This document shows, piece after piece, positions 21,924 through 33,554 of a stretch of DNA of 64,000 nucleotides. Each line of letters opens with the position of its first letter. Position 1 is the first letter of the stretch. This DNA comes from Calditrichales bacterium (GTDB lineage Bacteria > Calditrichota > Calditrichia > Calditrichales > J004). The stretch covers positions 2,336,001-2,400,000 of the forward strand of contig OZ254086.1 of the NCBI GenBank assembly GCA_965267575.1, given 5' to 3'. The notes under the pieces are model-generated. The model saw only the letters and a list, made by a program, of their open reading frames with translations, ran no database searches and was not told where the DNA came from. Position numbers and translations under genes: made by a program.

Positions 21924-22549
21924 TGAAAGCATTAAAGAAAAATCCCGAAGCGGATCTAAGCCTGAGGTATAAAAAGGTATTGGAAGTATCAATGGCTATT
22001 GCACTGTTATTGTTAACGGTGCTGTTTTTCTCATTCCAGAAATATGACAGTGGAATTGTCCTTCCCGAGCAGCCCAACCTCGTTATAGAGACTGTGGAGA
22101 TTCCGCCTACGCAGCAGCTTCAGAAACCACCGCCTCCTTCTCGTCCATCCATACCTGTGGAAACGGAGGATGAAGATATCCTGGATGACGTGACGATTGA
22201 AGAAACGGAAATTGAGCTGGGTGAAGTGTCCGATGCTCCGCCCCCTCCGCCGGTTGAAGATGAGGTTTTCGAATTTTTTGCTGTTTCCGAAAAACCGGAA
22301 ATTATCCACAAGGAAACACCCCAATATCCGGATCTGGCCCGCAGAGCAGGGATCGAAGGAAAAGTTATCGTGCTGGTAACGATTTCTGAAAAGGGTAATG
22401 TGCTTGATGCCAAGATAATGAAGTCTGTTCCTATGCTGGATGAAGCCGCTTTGAATGCCGCCAAAAAATGTACATTTAAGCCGGCCAAGCAGCGTGACCG
22501 CTTTGTAAAAGTTAAAATGGCCATTCCTTTCGACTTTAAGTTGAATTAA
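21923..22549 (+). CDS. tonB: energy transducer TonB
   Basis: N-terminal TM, Pro-rich linker, YPDLARRAGIEGKV, FKPA C-domain. Confidence 0.9.
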   Translation: MKALKKNPEADLSLRYKKVLEVSMAIALLLLTVLFFSFQKYDSGIVLPEQPNLVIETVEIPPTQQLQKPPPPSRPSIPVETEDEDILDDVTIEETEIELGEVSDAPPPPPVEDEVFEFFAVSEKPEIIHKETPQYPDLARRAGIEGKVIVLVTISEKGNVLDAKIMKSVPMLDEAALNAAKKCTFKPAKQRDRFVKVKMAIPFDFKLN

Positions 22550-22555
22550 TTCTGC

Positions 22556-22586
22556 AAAAAGGCGATCATCGCGATCGCCTTTTTTT
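22556..22586 (+). terminator. Rho-independent terminator after tonB
   Basis: AAAAAGGCGATC-ATCGC-GATCGCCTTTTTTT. Confidence 0.82.
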
Positions 22587-22651
22587 ATTTCTAACCTTGA
22601 ATCAAAACCAGCCGTAGTCTTAAATTCCAAATTTACTCAGGACTTTTCTGC

Positions 22652-23521
22652 ATGGAGCTTTTGTTCATCGTTAATCCGGTTTCAGGCAACCGCATTGGAA
22701 AGAAGTTTTTTGAGGAACAGGTAAAACTACAATGTGGCCCGGATACGCGCATAGTGTATACTCGTGAACCCGGTCATGCCCGTACACTGGCCGCCGATGC
22801 GATTGCAGATAGCTTGATCGATACCGTCGTGGCCGTAGGTGGCGATGGCACAATCAACGAAGTTGCCACGAGCCTTGTAAATACGGAACTGACCCTTGGG
22901 ATTGTACCCGTCGGTTCCGGTAACGGGTTGGCACGCTCGCTGAAAATTCCGGTAAATCTGCGCCGTGCCATCGAAATAATCCGTCAAAAAAACACTATTT
23001 CCATAGATGTCGGCCGGATAAACGGAAACTATTTTTTTGGTGTAGCCGGCATTGGTCTGGACGCGCTTATTAGTTCCCGCTTTCATAAACTGCAGCGTCG
23101 TGGCGCGTTGCCCTATTTTTACCACGGGCTGATGGCCTATTTCAAGTATGATTTCCCCAGTTTTATCCTGGCTGATAAAGATAAAGAGCATATTAATGAA
23201 CCCATGCTTATAACCATTGCCAATTCCACGCAATATGGTAATGGTGCCAAGATCGCTCCGATGGCCGATTTGCAGGATGGCATGCTGGACGTCTGCATCA
23301 TCAGGCGTATGGGCTTTTTACAATCCGTAGCACAGATTCCCAAGCTATTCAGGGGTACCATCGAGAGCAGCAATGTTTACAAAACGTATCGCCGATCGTC
23401 TTTTACTGTCCGGTCGGCCGAGAGCCGGGATATATTTTTTCACCTCGATGGAGAGCCCTATAAAGCCCCCTCTCCTTTAAAGATAGATCTGCTGCAAAAA
23501 GCGCTTAAAGTTTTGGTATAG
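22652..23521 (+). CDS. diacylglycerol/lipid kinase family (YegS/BmrU-like)
   Basis: IVNPVSG, GGDGTINE, PVGSGNGLAR, QYGNG, DGE. Confidence 0.9.
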   Translation: MELLFIVNPVSGNRIGKKFFEEQVKLQCGPDTRIVYTREPGHARTLAADAIADSLIDTVVAVGGDGTINEVATSLVNTELTLGIVPVGSGNGLARSLKIPVNLRRAIEIIRQKNTISIDVGRINGNYFFGVAGIGLDALISSRFHKLQRRGALPYFYHGLMAYFKYDFPSFILADKDKEHINEPMLITIANSTQYGNGAKIAPMADLQDGMLDVCIIRRMGFLQSVAQIPKLFRGTIESSNVYKTYRRSSFTVRSAESRDIFFHLDGEPYKAPSPLKIDLLQKALKVLV

Positions 23522-23565
23522 TACTTGGCGCATTTTATATTTGAAGGCTTGTAGTGGGATGGAAA

Positions 23566-24732
23566 ATGAAAGATCTGGAACAAATAGCTCAGGAAATAAA
23601 CGATAAAGAGTCGGGGCTGCTGGCTGCTAATGCTACCGCCAACGCTTCCGCGCGTCGCAGCAAAGCCGAGCATGAAAAGCGCTTCCGGCCACCATTTGCC
23701 ATAGACCGTGACAGGATTATGTATTCCGGAGCGTTCCGGCGCTATACCGGAAAAACGCAGGTGATCTATTTTGCTTCCATGCTCGATGAGCAACTCACCA
23801 GTCGCAGTCTGCACACAATCAGTGTGGCCCAGATAGCCAAAACCATCGGCCGGATGCTTTCACTCAATATTGATTTGATTGACGCCATCGCGCTGGGGCA
23901 TGACCTCGGGCATCCGCCGTTCGGACATGACGGGGAAGTTTTTCTAAGCGAAGTCAGCCGGAAAAACGGCATTGGACATTTTCATCATAATATCCAAAGT
24001 TTGCGCACGGTTGACGTAATCGCCAAGAAAGGGCGCGGCCTCAACCTCACGTTTCAGACACGGGACGGGATCGTTTCCCACAATGGTGAAGTGAACGATG
24101 CGGGGCTGGAGCCGTTTCCGCAAAAAGAAGAAAGGCATATCCGTGAATATATTGTGGCAATGGAAAAAGGCGAATCTGCAGATACCATTCCGCAAACCAT
24201 GGAAGGCTGCGTTGTCCGCCTTACCGATACGATTGCCTATATTGGCCAGGATATTGAAGACGCCATACGCATCGGGTTGATTACCCGGGAGCAATTACCT
24301 GATGAGGCGACTTCCGTTTTGGGCCGCTATAACGGCGAAATTATAGAGTCGCTTGTTAATGATGTTGTGAAATGCAGCTACGGTAAAAAATATATTGCTT
24401 TCAGCGAGAAGATGTCGAATGCCCTGTTTAAGCTGAAGGAGTTCAATTACAAGCATATATATAAAAGCAGCCGCCTTAAGGAGAGTCACGAAAAGATTCA
24501 GCACGGATTTTATATCCTTTTTGACCATTACCTTGCTGAACTAAAAGAGAATAAACGCAGCAGTGAGATTTTCTTGCATTTTCTGGATTCCAAAATTGAG
24601 CAATACCGTGAAAACAATCCGCCGGAACTTATTACGCGCGACTTTATCGCCGGCATGACGGATCGTTATTTCACGCGCATGCTGAAAAAACTGATCGTAC
24701 CCGAAATTGTACACTTTGATGTTAAATCTTAA
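23566..24732 (+). CDS. dgt: HD-domain deoxyguanosinetriphosphate triphosphohydrolase-like protein
   Basis: DRDRI..S.AFRR...KTQV, HDLGHPPFGHDGE, DFIAGMTD. Confidence 0.85.
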   Translation: MKDLEQIAQEINDKESGLLAANATANASARRSKAEHEKRFRPPFAIDRDRIMYSGAFRRYTGKTQVIYFASMLDEQLTSRSLHTISVAQIAKTIGRMLSLNIDLIDAIALGHDLGHPPFGHDGEVFLSEVSRKNGIGHFHHNIQSLRTVDVIAKKGRGLNLTFQTRDGIVSHNGEVNDAGLEPFPQKEERHIREYIVAMEKGESADTIPQTMEGCVVRLTDTIAYIGQDIEDAIRIGLITREQLPDEATSVLGRYNGEIIESLVNDVVKCSYGKKYIAFSEKMSNALFKLKEFNYKHIYKSSRLKESHEKIQHGFYILFDHYLAELKENKRSSEIFLHFLDSKIEQYRENNPPELITRDFIAGMTDRYFTRMLKKLIVPEIVHFDVKS

Positions 24733-24749
24733 GGCGGACAGAAGGACCT

Positions 24750-25988
24750 ATGCATTCAGACTTTGTTAAAGTAGCGCGGCATATTGAGAATCAGCGTTCT
24801 GAAGCCATACAGCTTATGAAAAACCTGATCTCGATCAAGGCGCTGGGCCCGCAAAACAGCGGCACCGGAGAAATGGAAAAAGCGGAATTCCTGCAATCCT
24901 ATTTAAAAACGATCGGCTTTAATGATATTGAGGGCTATCCTGCCGCCGATCCCAAAGTGCCCGGCGGTATGCGGCCCAACCTGATTGCGCGTATCCCCGG
25001 TAAAAACAAGGACAAAACAATCTGGATTATGAGCCATCTCGATGTTGTGCCTGCCGGTGACCTGAGTAAATGGAAAACGGATCCGTTTGAAGCGGTGGTT
25101 AAAGAAGGGCGGATTTACGGCAGGGGAACGGAGGACAATTCCCAGGGCATGGTCAGCTCGGTTATTATGGCCAAGGCATTTTTGGATCTGGGCATCATGC
25201 CGGAATGCAACATTGCCCTTTTGCTGGTTTCTGATGAAGAGACAGGGAGTGATTTCGGCCTGGAATATATGCTGGGCAACCACGCGGAACTGTTTAGCGA
25301 AGATGATATTTACATCGTGCCTGACGCCGGAACCGCGGACGGTTCGATGATTGAGGTGGCAGAAAAATCGCTACTGTGGATGAAGTTTACCACCAAGGGC
25401 ACACAGGTGCATGCCAGTTTGCCCGGCAAGGGTGTGAATGCTTTTAAGGCGGCGTCTCATCTTGTGGTGGCACTGGAGGAGCTCTACAATATTTACAATG
25501 GGCGCAACGAAGTGTTTGACCCGCCCATAAGTACATTCGAACCGACAAAAAAAGATGCCAACGTCCCCAACGTGAACACGATACCCGGCGATGACGTTTT
25601 TTATATGGATTGTCGTATTTTGCCGCGCTATAAGACCAGTAATGTATTAAAGGATACACGCAGAATTTGCGATAATATTGAGAAGAAATTTTCCGTGAAG
25701 ATCGATATTAAAGCAGAAATGGAAGAGCAGGCGGCGCCGGCCACATCGGTGGATGCGATTGTTGTTAAGGCGCTGAAGAATGCCATTGCCGATGTTTACA
25801 AGATTGAAGCGCATGCCAAGGGCATCGGCGGCGGTACCGTGGCAGCCATTTTCCGGCGGGCCGGCCTTGACGTTGCCGTTTGGTCCACTATAGATGATAC
25901 GGCGCATCAGCCAAACGAGTATTGCGTGATTTCCAATTTGCTAAATGACGCCAAGGTTTTTGGCAACGTTTGTTTGCAGAAGCTTTAA
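24750..25988 (+). CDS. M20 family metallo-hydrolase (DapE/ArgE-like)
   Basis: SHLDVVP, GRGTEDN, DEETG, GGGT, AHQPNE. Confidence 0.88.
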   Translation: MHSDFVKVARHIENQRSEAIQLMKNLISIKALGPQNSGTGEMEKAEFLQSYLKTIGFNDIEGYPAADPKVPGGMRPNLIARIPGKNKDKTIWIMSHLDVVPAGDLSKWKTDPFEAVVKEGRIYGRGTEDNSQGMVSSVIMAKAFLDLGIMPECNIALLLVSDEETGSDFGLEYMLGNHAELFSEDDIYIVPDAGTADGSMIEVAEKSLLWMKFTTKGTQVHASLPGKGVNAFKAASHLVVALEELYNIYNGRNEVFDPPISTFEPTKKDANVPNVNTIPGDDVFYMDCRILPRYKTSNVLKDTRRICDNIEKKFSVKIDIKAEMEEQAAPATSVDAIVVKALKNAIADVYKIEAHAKGIGGGTVAAIFRRAGLDVAVWSTIDDTAHQPNEYCVISNLLNDAKVFGNVCLQKL

Positions 25989-25994
25989 AACAAA

Positions 25995-26066
<72 letters not shown>

Positions 26067-26164
26067 CAACGCTTCGTGACCATAATCACTGTGACCATAG
26101 CCCCTGCTCCCCTATATACTCTTTTTGACAACCGATAAAACTGTCGGTTACCGTGGAGGATGAC

Positions 26165-26983
26165 ATGACACGTTTTTTTGCAATCACTTTGCTTTTTTCT
26201 CTCTTTTTATTTGCAGCTGTCAACGCCCAGCTTTCCGAGTATGTTGATGAAGCCGGTGTAGTCCAGTGGGATCAGCAGGTTGTGCTGGCTACCGGTATCG
26301 GCCAAAGCGAAAGCGGCGTTTTAAAGGCGCCGGACCGAGTTAAAGCTTTGAACGAGGCAAAATCCGATGCGCAGCGCCAATTGCTGCGTACCCTTAGCGG
26401 ACTGCCGGTGGATGCTATGAGTCGTGTGGGCGATTATATGGAAGACAGTAACGTTCGCGAACGCATCAACAAGCTTGTACGTGATTTTGAGATCAAGGAT
26501 ATCCGTTTTCTTGACGGTGGTATTGTCGAAATGGATGCTTCGTTAAATTTTTCCGGTGATTTGCTTAGCGTATTAATCTCAGGATCAGGACAAAACGACG
26601 ACCCTAAACCTGCCATCCGAACGGTGGCTGAAAACGGCGGCAGCCTTTATACCGGCCTTGTTGTGGATGCCCGCGGTACCGGTTTGAAACCGGCGCTTTT
26701 ACCGCGCGTGGCAGATGAGTCGGGCAATATTCTCTATGCTGCTAATCGTGTCGATCCGCTTTATGCCAGACAAATAGGTCTTGTCGCTTATGTGTCCTCT
26801 CCCCGCCAGGCGCAGCAGGAAAAGCGGTTAAGAGAAAACCCCCTCGTTGTTAAGGGGCTGCGTGCCGAAGGGCTGAACAAAAGCGACATACAAATTTCCA
26901 TGGATGACGCCAAAAAGCTGGAAAGGGCCCTCTCCCGCAACAACTTCTTTGAAAACTGCAGCGTTGTCCTGATCGTCGATTAG
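26165..26983 (+). CDS. secreted LPP20-like domain protein
   Basis: Signal peptide ending AVNA; ATGIG...AKSDAQRQLL...V and YTGLVVDARG...NPLVVK motifs; ATG after GGAGG. Confidence 0.65.
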   Translation: MTRFFAITLLFSLFLFAAVNAQLSEYVDEAGVVQWDQQVVLATGIGQSESGVLKAPDRVKALNEAKSDAQRQLLRTLSGLPVDAMSRVGDYMEDSNVRERINKLVRDFEIKDIRFLDGGIVEMDASLNFSGDLLSVLISGSGQNDDPKPAIRTVAENGGSLYTGLVVDARGTGLKPALLPRVADESGNILYAANRVDPLYARQIGLVAYVSSPRQAQQEKRLRENPLVVKGLRAEGLNKSDIQISMDDAKKLERALSRNNFFENCSVVLIVD

Positions 26984-26986
26984 TTT

Positions 26987-28060
26987 ATGTGGCGGATTGC
27001 TTTTATCGTTTTGATTGCTTTTTTCTTACTCACCTGCGCCTCCACGCAAAGAGATACCATTCAAGGAATGGCAAATGATGTTGAGGCTTCGTACGAGCGG
27101 GGCCGGACGTTTATGCGTATTAATGATTGGGCCGGTGCCGCGGAGACTTTACGCCAAACGCTTCAGAGCGCGCCTAACTATGTGCCGGCATTATGCGCGC
27201 TGGGTGAATGCATGTTAAACCTGAAACAGGTGGGCCGGGCCGACAGCCTGTTCAGAAAAGCAGATACCATTTCACCTGACTACTTGCCCGCTGCCACAGG
27301 GCTCGCGCGTGTCTCACTGTACCGAGAAGATTATGCTGCGGCCGAAACGATGCTACGTTCTGCAATAAAGGAAAAAAAGGGAAGTACCGAGCAACAAACG
27401 GAAGCGCTTTTCTGGCTTGGAAAAAGCATGGCCGCGCAGGGAAAGAAAGACGCTGCTGCAGGAATATTGCGGTCGGTCCTGGAACGTGATCCCGGTTTTG
27501 TAAAAGCGCAGCTGGCTCTCGATGATTTGAATAACGGCAGCCAGGCAACGGACGATCTGACCACAGAGCTAGTTTCAAAAAAATATGTAAACAGACGCGA
27601 TATCGCCCGGCTCATTTCCCGTTTCTCTGCCGACGACACCCATTTTCGGAATCTGAATGTTAGTATGCCGCGGGACATCAGGCAGGATGATGAGGCGTTT
27701 GATGCAATTGCATTTGTAATAACAAAAGGCTATTTACCGGTTTTGCCGGACCAGACCTTTAAACCGGATTTCGTGATCGATCGCGGGGCGATGGCTGCGT
27801 TGTTGCAAAATATTCTCGCCAAGCGACTCAACGAACCGGCCCTTGTAACAAAGTACTTTGATATGCCCGCACCGTACAGGGATGTTGAAAACGTACCCCT
27901 GCTGATAAATCCGCTGATAGTAGTCACCGGCTACGGCCTGATGTCGGGCTGGCCCGATGGCACATTCCGGCCGCGGGAACCCGTAAGCGGTGAAGAGGCG
28001 TTCGATATAATCCGGCGCTTGTTTGAAATTGAACCAAAACAAATGGAGGCCACACAATGA
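26987..28060 (+). CDS. TPR-repeat lipoprotein with C-terminal S-layer homology (SLH) domains
   Basis: Lipobox-like FLLTC, TPR helices, SLH motifs PDQTFKPDFVIDRG and GWPDGTFRPREPVS. Confidence 0.75.
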   Translation: MWRIAFIVLIAFFLLTCASTQRDTIQGMANDVEASYERGRTFMRINDWAGAAETLRQTLQSAPNYVPALCALGECMLNLKQVGRADSLFRKADTISPDYLPAATGLARVSLYREDYAAAETMLRSAIKEKKGSTEQQTEALFWLGKSMAAQGKKDAAAGILRSVLERDPGFVKAQLALDDLNNGSQATDDLTTELVSKKYVNRRDIARLISRFSADDTHFRNLNVSMPRDIRQDDEAFDAIAFVITKGYLPVLPDQTFKPDFVIDRGAMAALLQNILAKRLNEPALVTKYFDMPAPYRDVENVPLLINPLIVVTGYGLMSGWPDGTFRPREPVSGEEAFDIIRRLFEIEPKQMEATQ

Positions 28061-28674
28061 AAAGGTTTCTCTTCACCACAGCATTGATCTGCGTACTGGG
28101 CGGTTCGGTAATCGCACAGCCGGCGAAAATCACTTTTCCTCTTGGTGACGTAAAAGTGCAATCCGCTGACGGGGGTAAAGCTGAAAAGGCCGGGTTCAAC
28201 CAGGAAGTGGCGCAGGGTGAAGCGGTGATCACCGGTGGAGGCGCACGGGCGGAAGTCGTGTTTCAGGATAAGCTTGTTGCGCGAATGGATGGCAACAGCC
28301 GCCTTAAGCTAACAAACATTTCTCAGCCTCAAAAGGTGCTGGAGCAGGACAAAGGAAGCGCCTGGATTAATTCAAACGAAAGTGACGCACGTTGCCGTGT
28401 AACGGGGCCGCATGCAGACATAAGCCTTCAAAAAGCTACGGTACAGATACAGGCCAATGAAGGCGGCACAACCACAGTGTGGGTCTATTCCGGCACTGCC
28501 ACGGTAAAGCCCGCGGCAAACGCGCAGGTCAAAGAGTGGACAGAAGTTGTTGCCTCACAGCAGCGTATTGTCATCAATAAAGACGGTAGTTATCAAAAAA
28601 GCGATTTCAATCCGGATGATGAAAAAAGCAGTTGGCTGAAGTGGAACAGGGAACGGGACAAGATGAACGATTAA
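28057..28674 (+). CDS. secreted FecR-domain protein
   Basis: Signal peptide; GDVKV, GEAVITGGGARAEV.F.D, VYSGTATV. Confidence 0.7.
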   Translation: MKRFLFTTALICVLGGSVIAQPAKITFPLGDVKVQSADGGKAEKAGFNQEVAQGEAVITGGGARAEVVFQDKLVARMDGNSRLKLTNISQPQKVLEQDKGSAWINSNESDARCRVTGPHADISLQKATVQIQANEGGTTTVWVYSGTATVKPAANAQVKEWTEVVASQQRIVINKDGSYQKSDFNPDDEKSSWLKWNRERDKMND

Positions 28675-29795
28675 TACGTTCGTCCTTTCCAGCGGACTTT
28701 TTTGGGGAAAGGCAGAAGCAGCAGAAGCACGATACTGTAAAGCATATAAAAAATCCAATAGAGCAAAAAATTGATAAAGCCGCTTTTGGGCAGGTTAAGC
28801 AGTTTTATATAGCGGCTGAAAATCAGATAATCCAGTCCAAGAATGAGGCCAATGGCCGCTGCGGCTGCCTGAGACCATTCACCGAGAACAAACAAGGACG
28901 GCACCAGCAGGTGCACAAGGATGTTGCCGCCTACCAGCACCAAAGCGAAAGGCCGCCCTTTCATCCCGCCCTTTGTCCAGCGCAAACGCTGCCGGACAAA
29001 GCTAAGCCAGCCGGACATTTCCAAGGAAAAAACCTGGCCTTCATGATCACAGATATATTTTACTTCGCCGACGCGGTTATCTATTATGGCCTGCATTAAA
29101 GCGTGGTCTTCGGTTAAGGAAAACCCGATCTGTTTATACCCGCCCAGTTCTTCATATGTGCTTTTGCGAAAGGCCAGATTGTTGCCAACGACGGTGACTG
29201 TTTTCCCGGCATTGGATGCACTGACGGCAAGGCCCTGCAGATAAACCCAGTCCCAGGCTTGTAGCTTTGCGAATAGTTCTTTGTTCTCTCCCTCTTTTAA
29301 TGCCTCAAGAACCGTGCTGCCGCAAACCATGGCCGTATCTTCGTCAAAATAGCCGAGCAGAGTACGCAGCCAGTCATGATGCGGTCGGCAGTCGGCGTCC
29401 GTTATAAAGATGAATTCGCCTGTGGCCATCTCCATACCCTGGGCAAGTACATTCATTTTGGCCTTAAGGTTATGGCAGTCTTCGGTGATATCATGCAATG
29501 CCATATGCTCTTCATTTGCGATAGCTTCAGCCACGATGACGCGCGAAATATCTTCGGAGCGATCGTTTAGCCACAGCACCTGCAGACGATCTACCGGGTA
29601 GTTGAGTTTTTTAACGGCTTCAACGCAGGGTGCGATTACTGCCTGTTCATTGCGGAAAGGAATAATAAGCGTGACGGCAGGCAGCGTTTGCGGTGTGTGT
29701 TTCTGCGGGTGTGGACGGCGTAACAAAGCCAGCATAAAGAACAGCCAGGCCAGCGCCAGCCCCAACGCGATTTGTGTCAGTTCAACCGGCGTCAT
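28671..29795 (-). CDS. membrane GT2 glycosyltransferase
   Basis: PFRNE, NDRSED, TDAD, TED, QRLRW, WKGR. Confidence 0.9.
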   Translation of the reverse strand: MTPVELTQIALGLALAWLFFMLALLRRPHPQKHTPQTLPAVTLIIPFRNEQAVIAPCVEAVKKLNYPVDRLQVLWLNDRSEDISRVIVAEAIANEEHMALHDITEDCHNLKAKMNVLAQGMEMATGEFIFITDADCRPHHDWLRTLLGYFDEDTAMVCGSTVLEALKEGENKELFAKLQAWDWVYLQGLAVSASNAGKTVTVVGNNLAFRKSTYEELGGYKQIGFSLTEDHALMQAIIDNRVGEVKYICDHEGQVFSLEMSGWLSFVRQRLRWTKGGMKGRPFALVLVGGNILVHLLVPSLFVLGEWSQAAAAAIGLILGLDYLIFSRYIKLLNLPKSGFINFLLYWIFYMLYSIVLLLLLPFPKKVRWKGRTY

Positions 29796-30961
29796 GACGC
29801 GTAGTCCCGGCTGGTAACGTTCTCATCGACTACACCTTTTTCAACGCGACCCTCGGCCCAGCGAAAAAGCTTGAGCTGCCCGGCAATACCAAAAAAGAGT
29901 ACATAGGGCACATGCAGGATGGCAGTGAGCGGATAGTAACGCAACAGACGCTTTTCTCCTATACGTTGAGCGGCCTGCTGCAGAAAAACAACTTCGGCCA
30001 GGCCTTTAATGGTCAGCGCCAGCAGACCGGCCCAGCCCAGATCGTTTTGGCCCCAAAGGAAAGCGAAGGGAGAGACAAACAGCAGCATATTGAACAGAAC
30101 ATAAAACGTCAGTACTACGGTTACTTTAAAAGGATAATCAAAGCCCTTGCTGGCGTAACGCAGGCGCTGATGCACAAACTGCTTAAGGCTGCGCGGCGGG
30201 TGATTATACACATGGCTGTCGGGGTCGGTGGCGTAGCTGATGGTGTAACCGCCGGCTTCACGCACGCGGGTCAGAAAAAGGTCATCATCGCCGGAGACAA
30301 AAGCCCTGTACTCACCAAAACCGTCGATTTCCTCAAAGACGCTGCGGCGATAAGCCATGTTTGTGCCTACGCAGGTGAGCGGGTAATCCCAACCGCAACT
30401 GGCCGCGGCCACGGCGGCATGGGAGAAATATTCCAGCGCCAGCATGCCTTGTATAAAACGTCCCGATTGGGCCATGGTGTAGGGGGCATAACCCAGCACC
30501 ATATCCGCGCCAAGATCAAAAAAGCGCAACATGGAGGCTATCCAGCGCGGACCGGGGCGACCGTCGGCATCCGTAAGCAGAATAACATCGCCATGTGCTA
30601 TTTTGATGGCTTTCTCAATGGCGTATTTTTTGGGGCCATAGCCATCGGCACGTTCGTTGATATGCAATGCTTTAAAGCGCGGATCGTTTTTTGCATGGCG
30701 GTCTATCATAGAGGCACTACCGTCATCGGAGCGATCGTTTACGATGATGAACTCGGCCGATATCCCGCTTGGAATGTGTTGCGCCTCGAGGTGTTTAAAA
30801 AGCTGTGGCAGGTTATGTGCTTCGTTGCGGGCGCAAACGATCACGCTTAATGATTTGGGAGGCGGTGATGCGCCGGCCTGCGGCAAGAGGTCCAGCGAGC
30901 GCCGCAGAAACAACAGCAAACCGGCGTAAACAATCGTAAAAAAGAGAACCGTAAAAACCAT
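29792..30961 (-). CDS. membrane GT2 glycosyltransferase
   Basis: ARNE, NDRSDD, TDAD, SGDDD, QRLRY; overlaps the next gene by 4 nt. Confidence 0.9.
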   Translation of the reverse strand: MVFTVLFFTIVYAGLLLFLRRSLDLLPQAGASPPPKSLSVIVCARNEAHNLPQLFKHLEAQHIPSGISAEFIIVNDRSDDGSASMIDRHAKNDPRFKALHINERADGYGPKKYAIEKAIKIAHGDVILLTDADGRPGPRWIASMLRFFDLGADMVLGYAPYTMAQSGRFIQGMLALEYFSHAAVAAASCGWDYPLTCVGTNMAYRRSVFEEIDGFGEYRAFVSGDDDLFLTRVREAGGYTISYATDPDSHVYNHPPRSLKQFVHQRLRYASKGFDYPFKVTVVLTFYVLFNMLLFVSPFAFLWGQNDLGWAGLLALTIKGLAEVVFLQQAAQRIGEKRLLRYYPLTAILHVPYVLFFGIAGQLKLFRWAEGRVEKGVVDENVTSRDYAS

Positions 30962-31030
30962 ACCGCCCTTGATTTTGGTGCATCGGGTTAATCGTGCTAA
31001 CTTAGTGTTTGACCCATTTTTATTCAAACT

Positions 31031-33195
<2,165 letters not shown>

Positions 33196-33207
33196 GAGTA
33201 AAGTGGT

Positions 33208-33381
33208 ATGGCCAAAACATTGTGTGATTATAAAAAAAGCGAACTGAAAGCGCACGCCCAAAAAATGCAGAAGCAAAATGAGGGCGAAATTTTAATTTGC
33301 GCAAAATGCGCGCGCGTTGCCGTAGATAAAGAAAATGTGTGCAAACCGCAGAAGTGGAAAAAGGCCGAGAAAAAAGAGTAA
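33208..33381 (+). CDS. 57-aa Lys-rich Cys4 small protein (putative zinc-binding), absent from the ORF track
   Basis: Hand translation MAKTLCDYKKSELKAHAQKMQKQNEGEILICAKCARVAVDKENVCKPQKWKKAEKKE*; C-x24-CxxC-x10-C. Confidence 0.7.
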   Translation: MAKTLCDYKKSELKAHAQKMQKQNEGEILICAKCARVAVDKENVCKPQKWKKAEKKE

Positions 33382-33413
33382 AAAAAAGAAAAAGTTTGTA
33401 TCTTCTACCTATC

Positions 33414-33431
33414 TTGTGCATTAAATCACAT
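33414..33431. promoter_or_regulatory. Rex/CRP-FNR-like palindromic operator upstream of the otr operon
   Basis: TTGTGCATTAAATCACAT, compared with TGTGA-N6-TCACA (1 mismatch) and Rex TTGTGAA-N4-TTCACAA (3 mismatches). Confidence 0.5.
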
Positions 33432-33554
33432 GAAGGTTGCCGCAAGTAATGGCGCCTTGCCGGACATGACGTGAAGCCGCATCTTCACTGGTGTCTCTGA
33501 CAGTCCTCCCAACTAAAATTTAAACCCTGTGTTTGAAAGGGGAGGATACGTCCT

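Noticed and set aside
29912..30850. 312-aa + strand ORF
   Set aside because: Antisense shadow of a well-supported GT2 gene; no recognisable motifs
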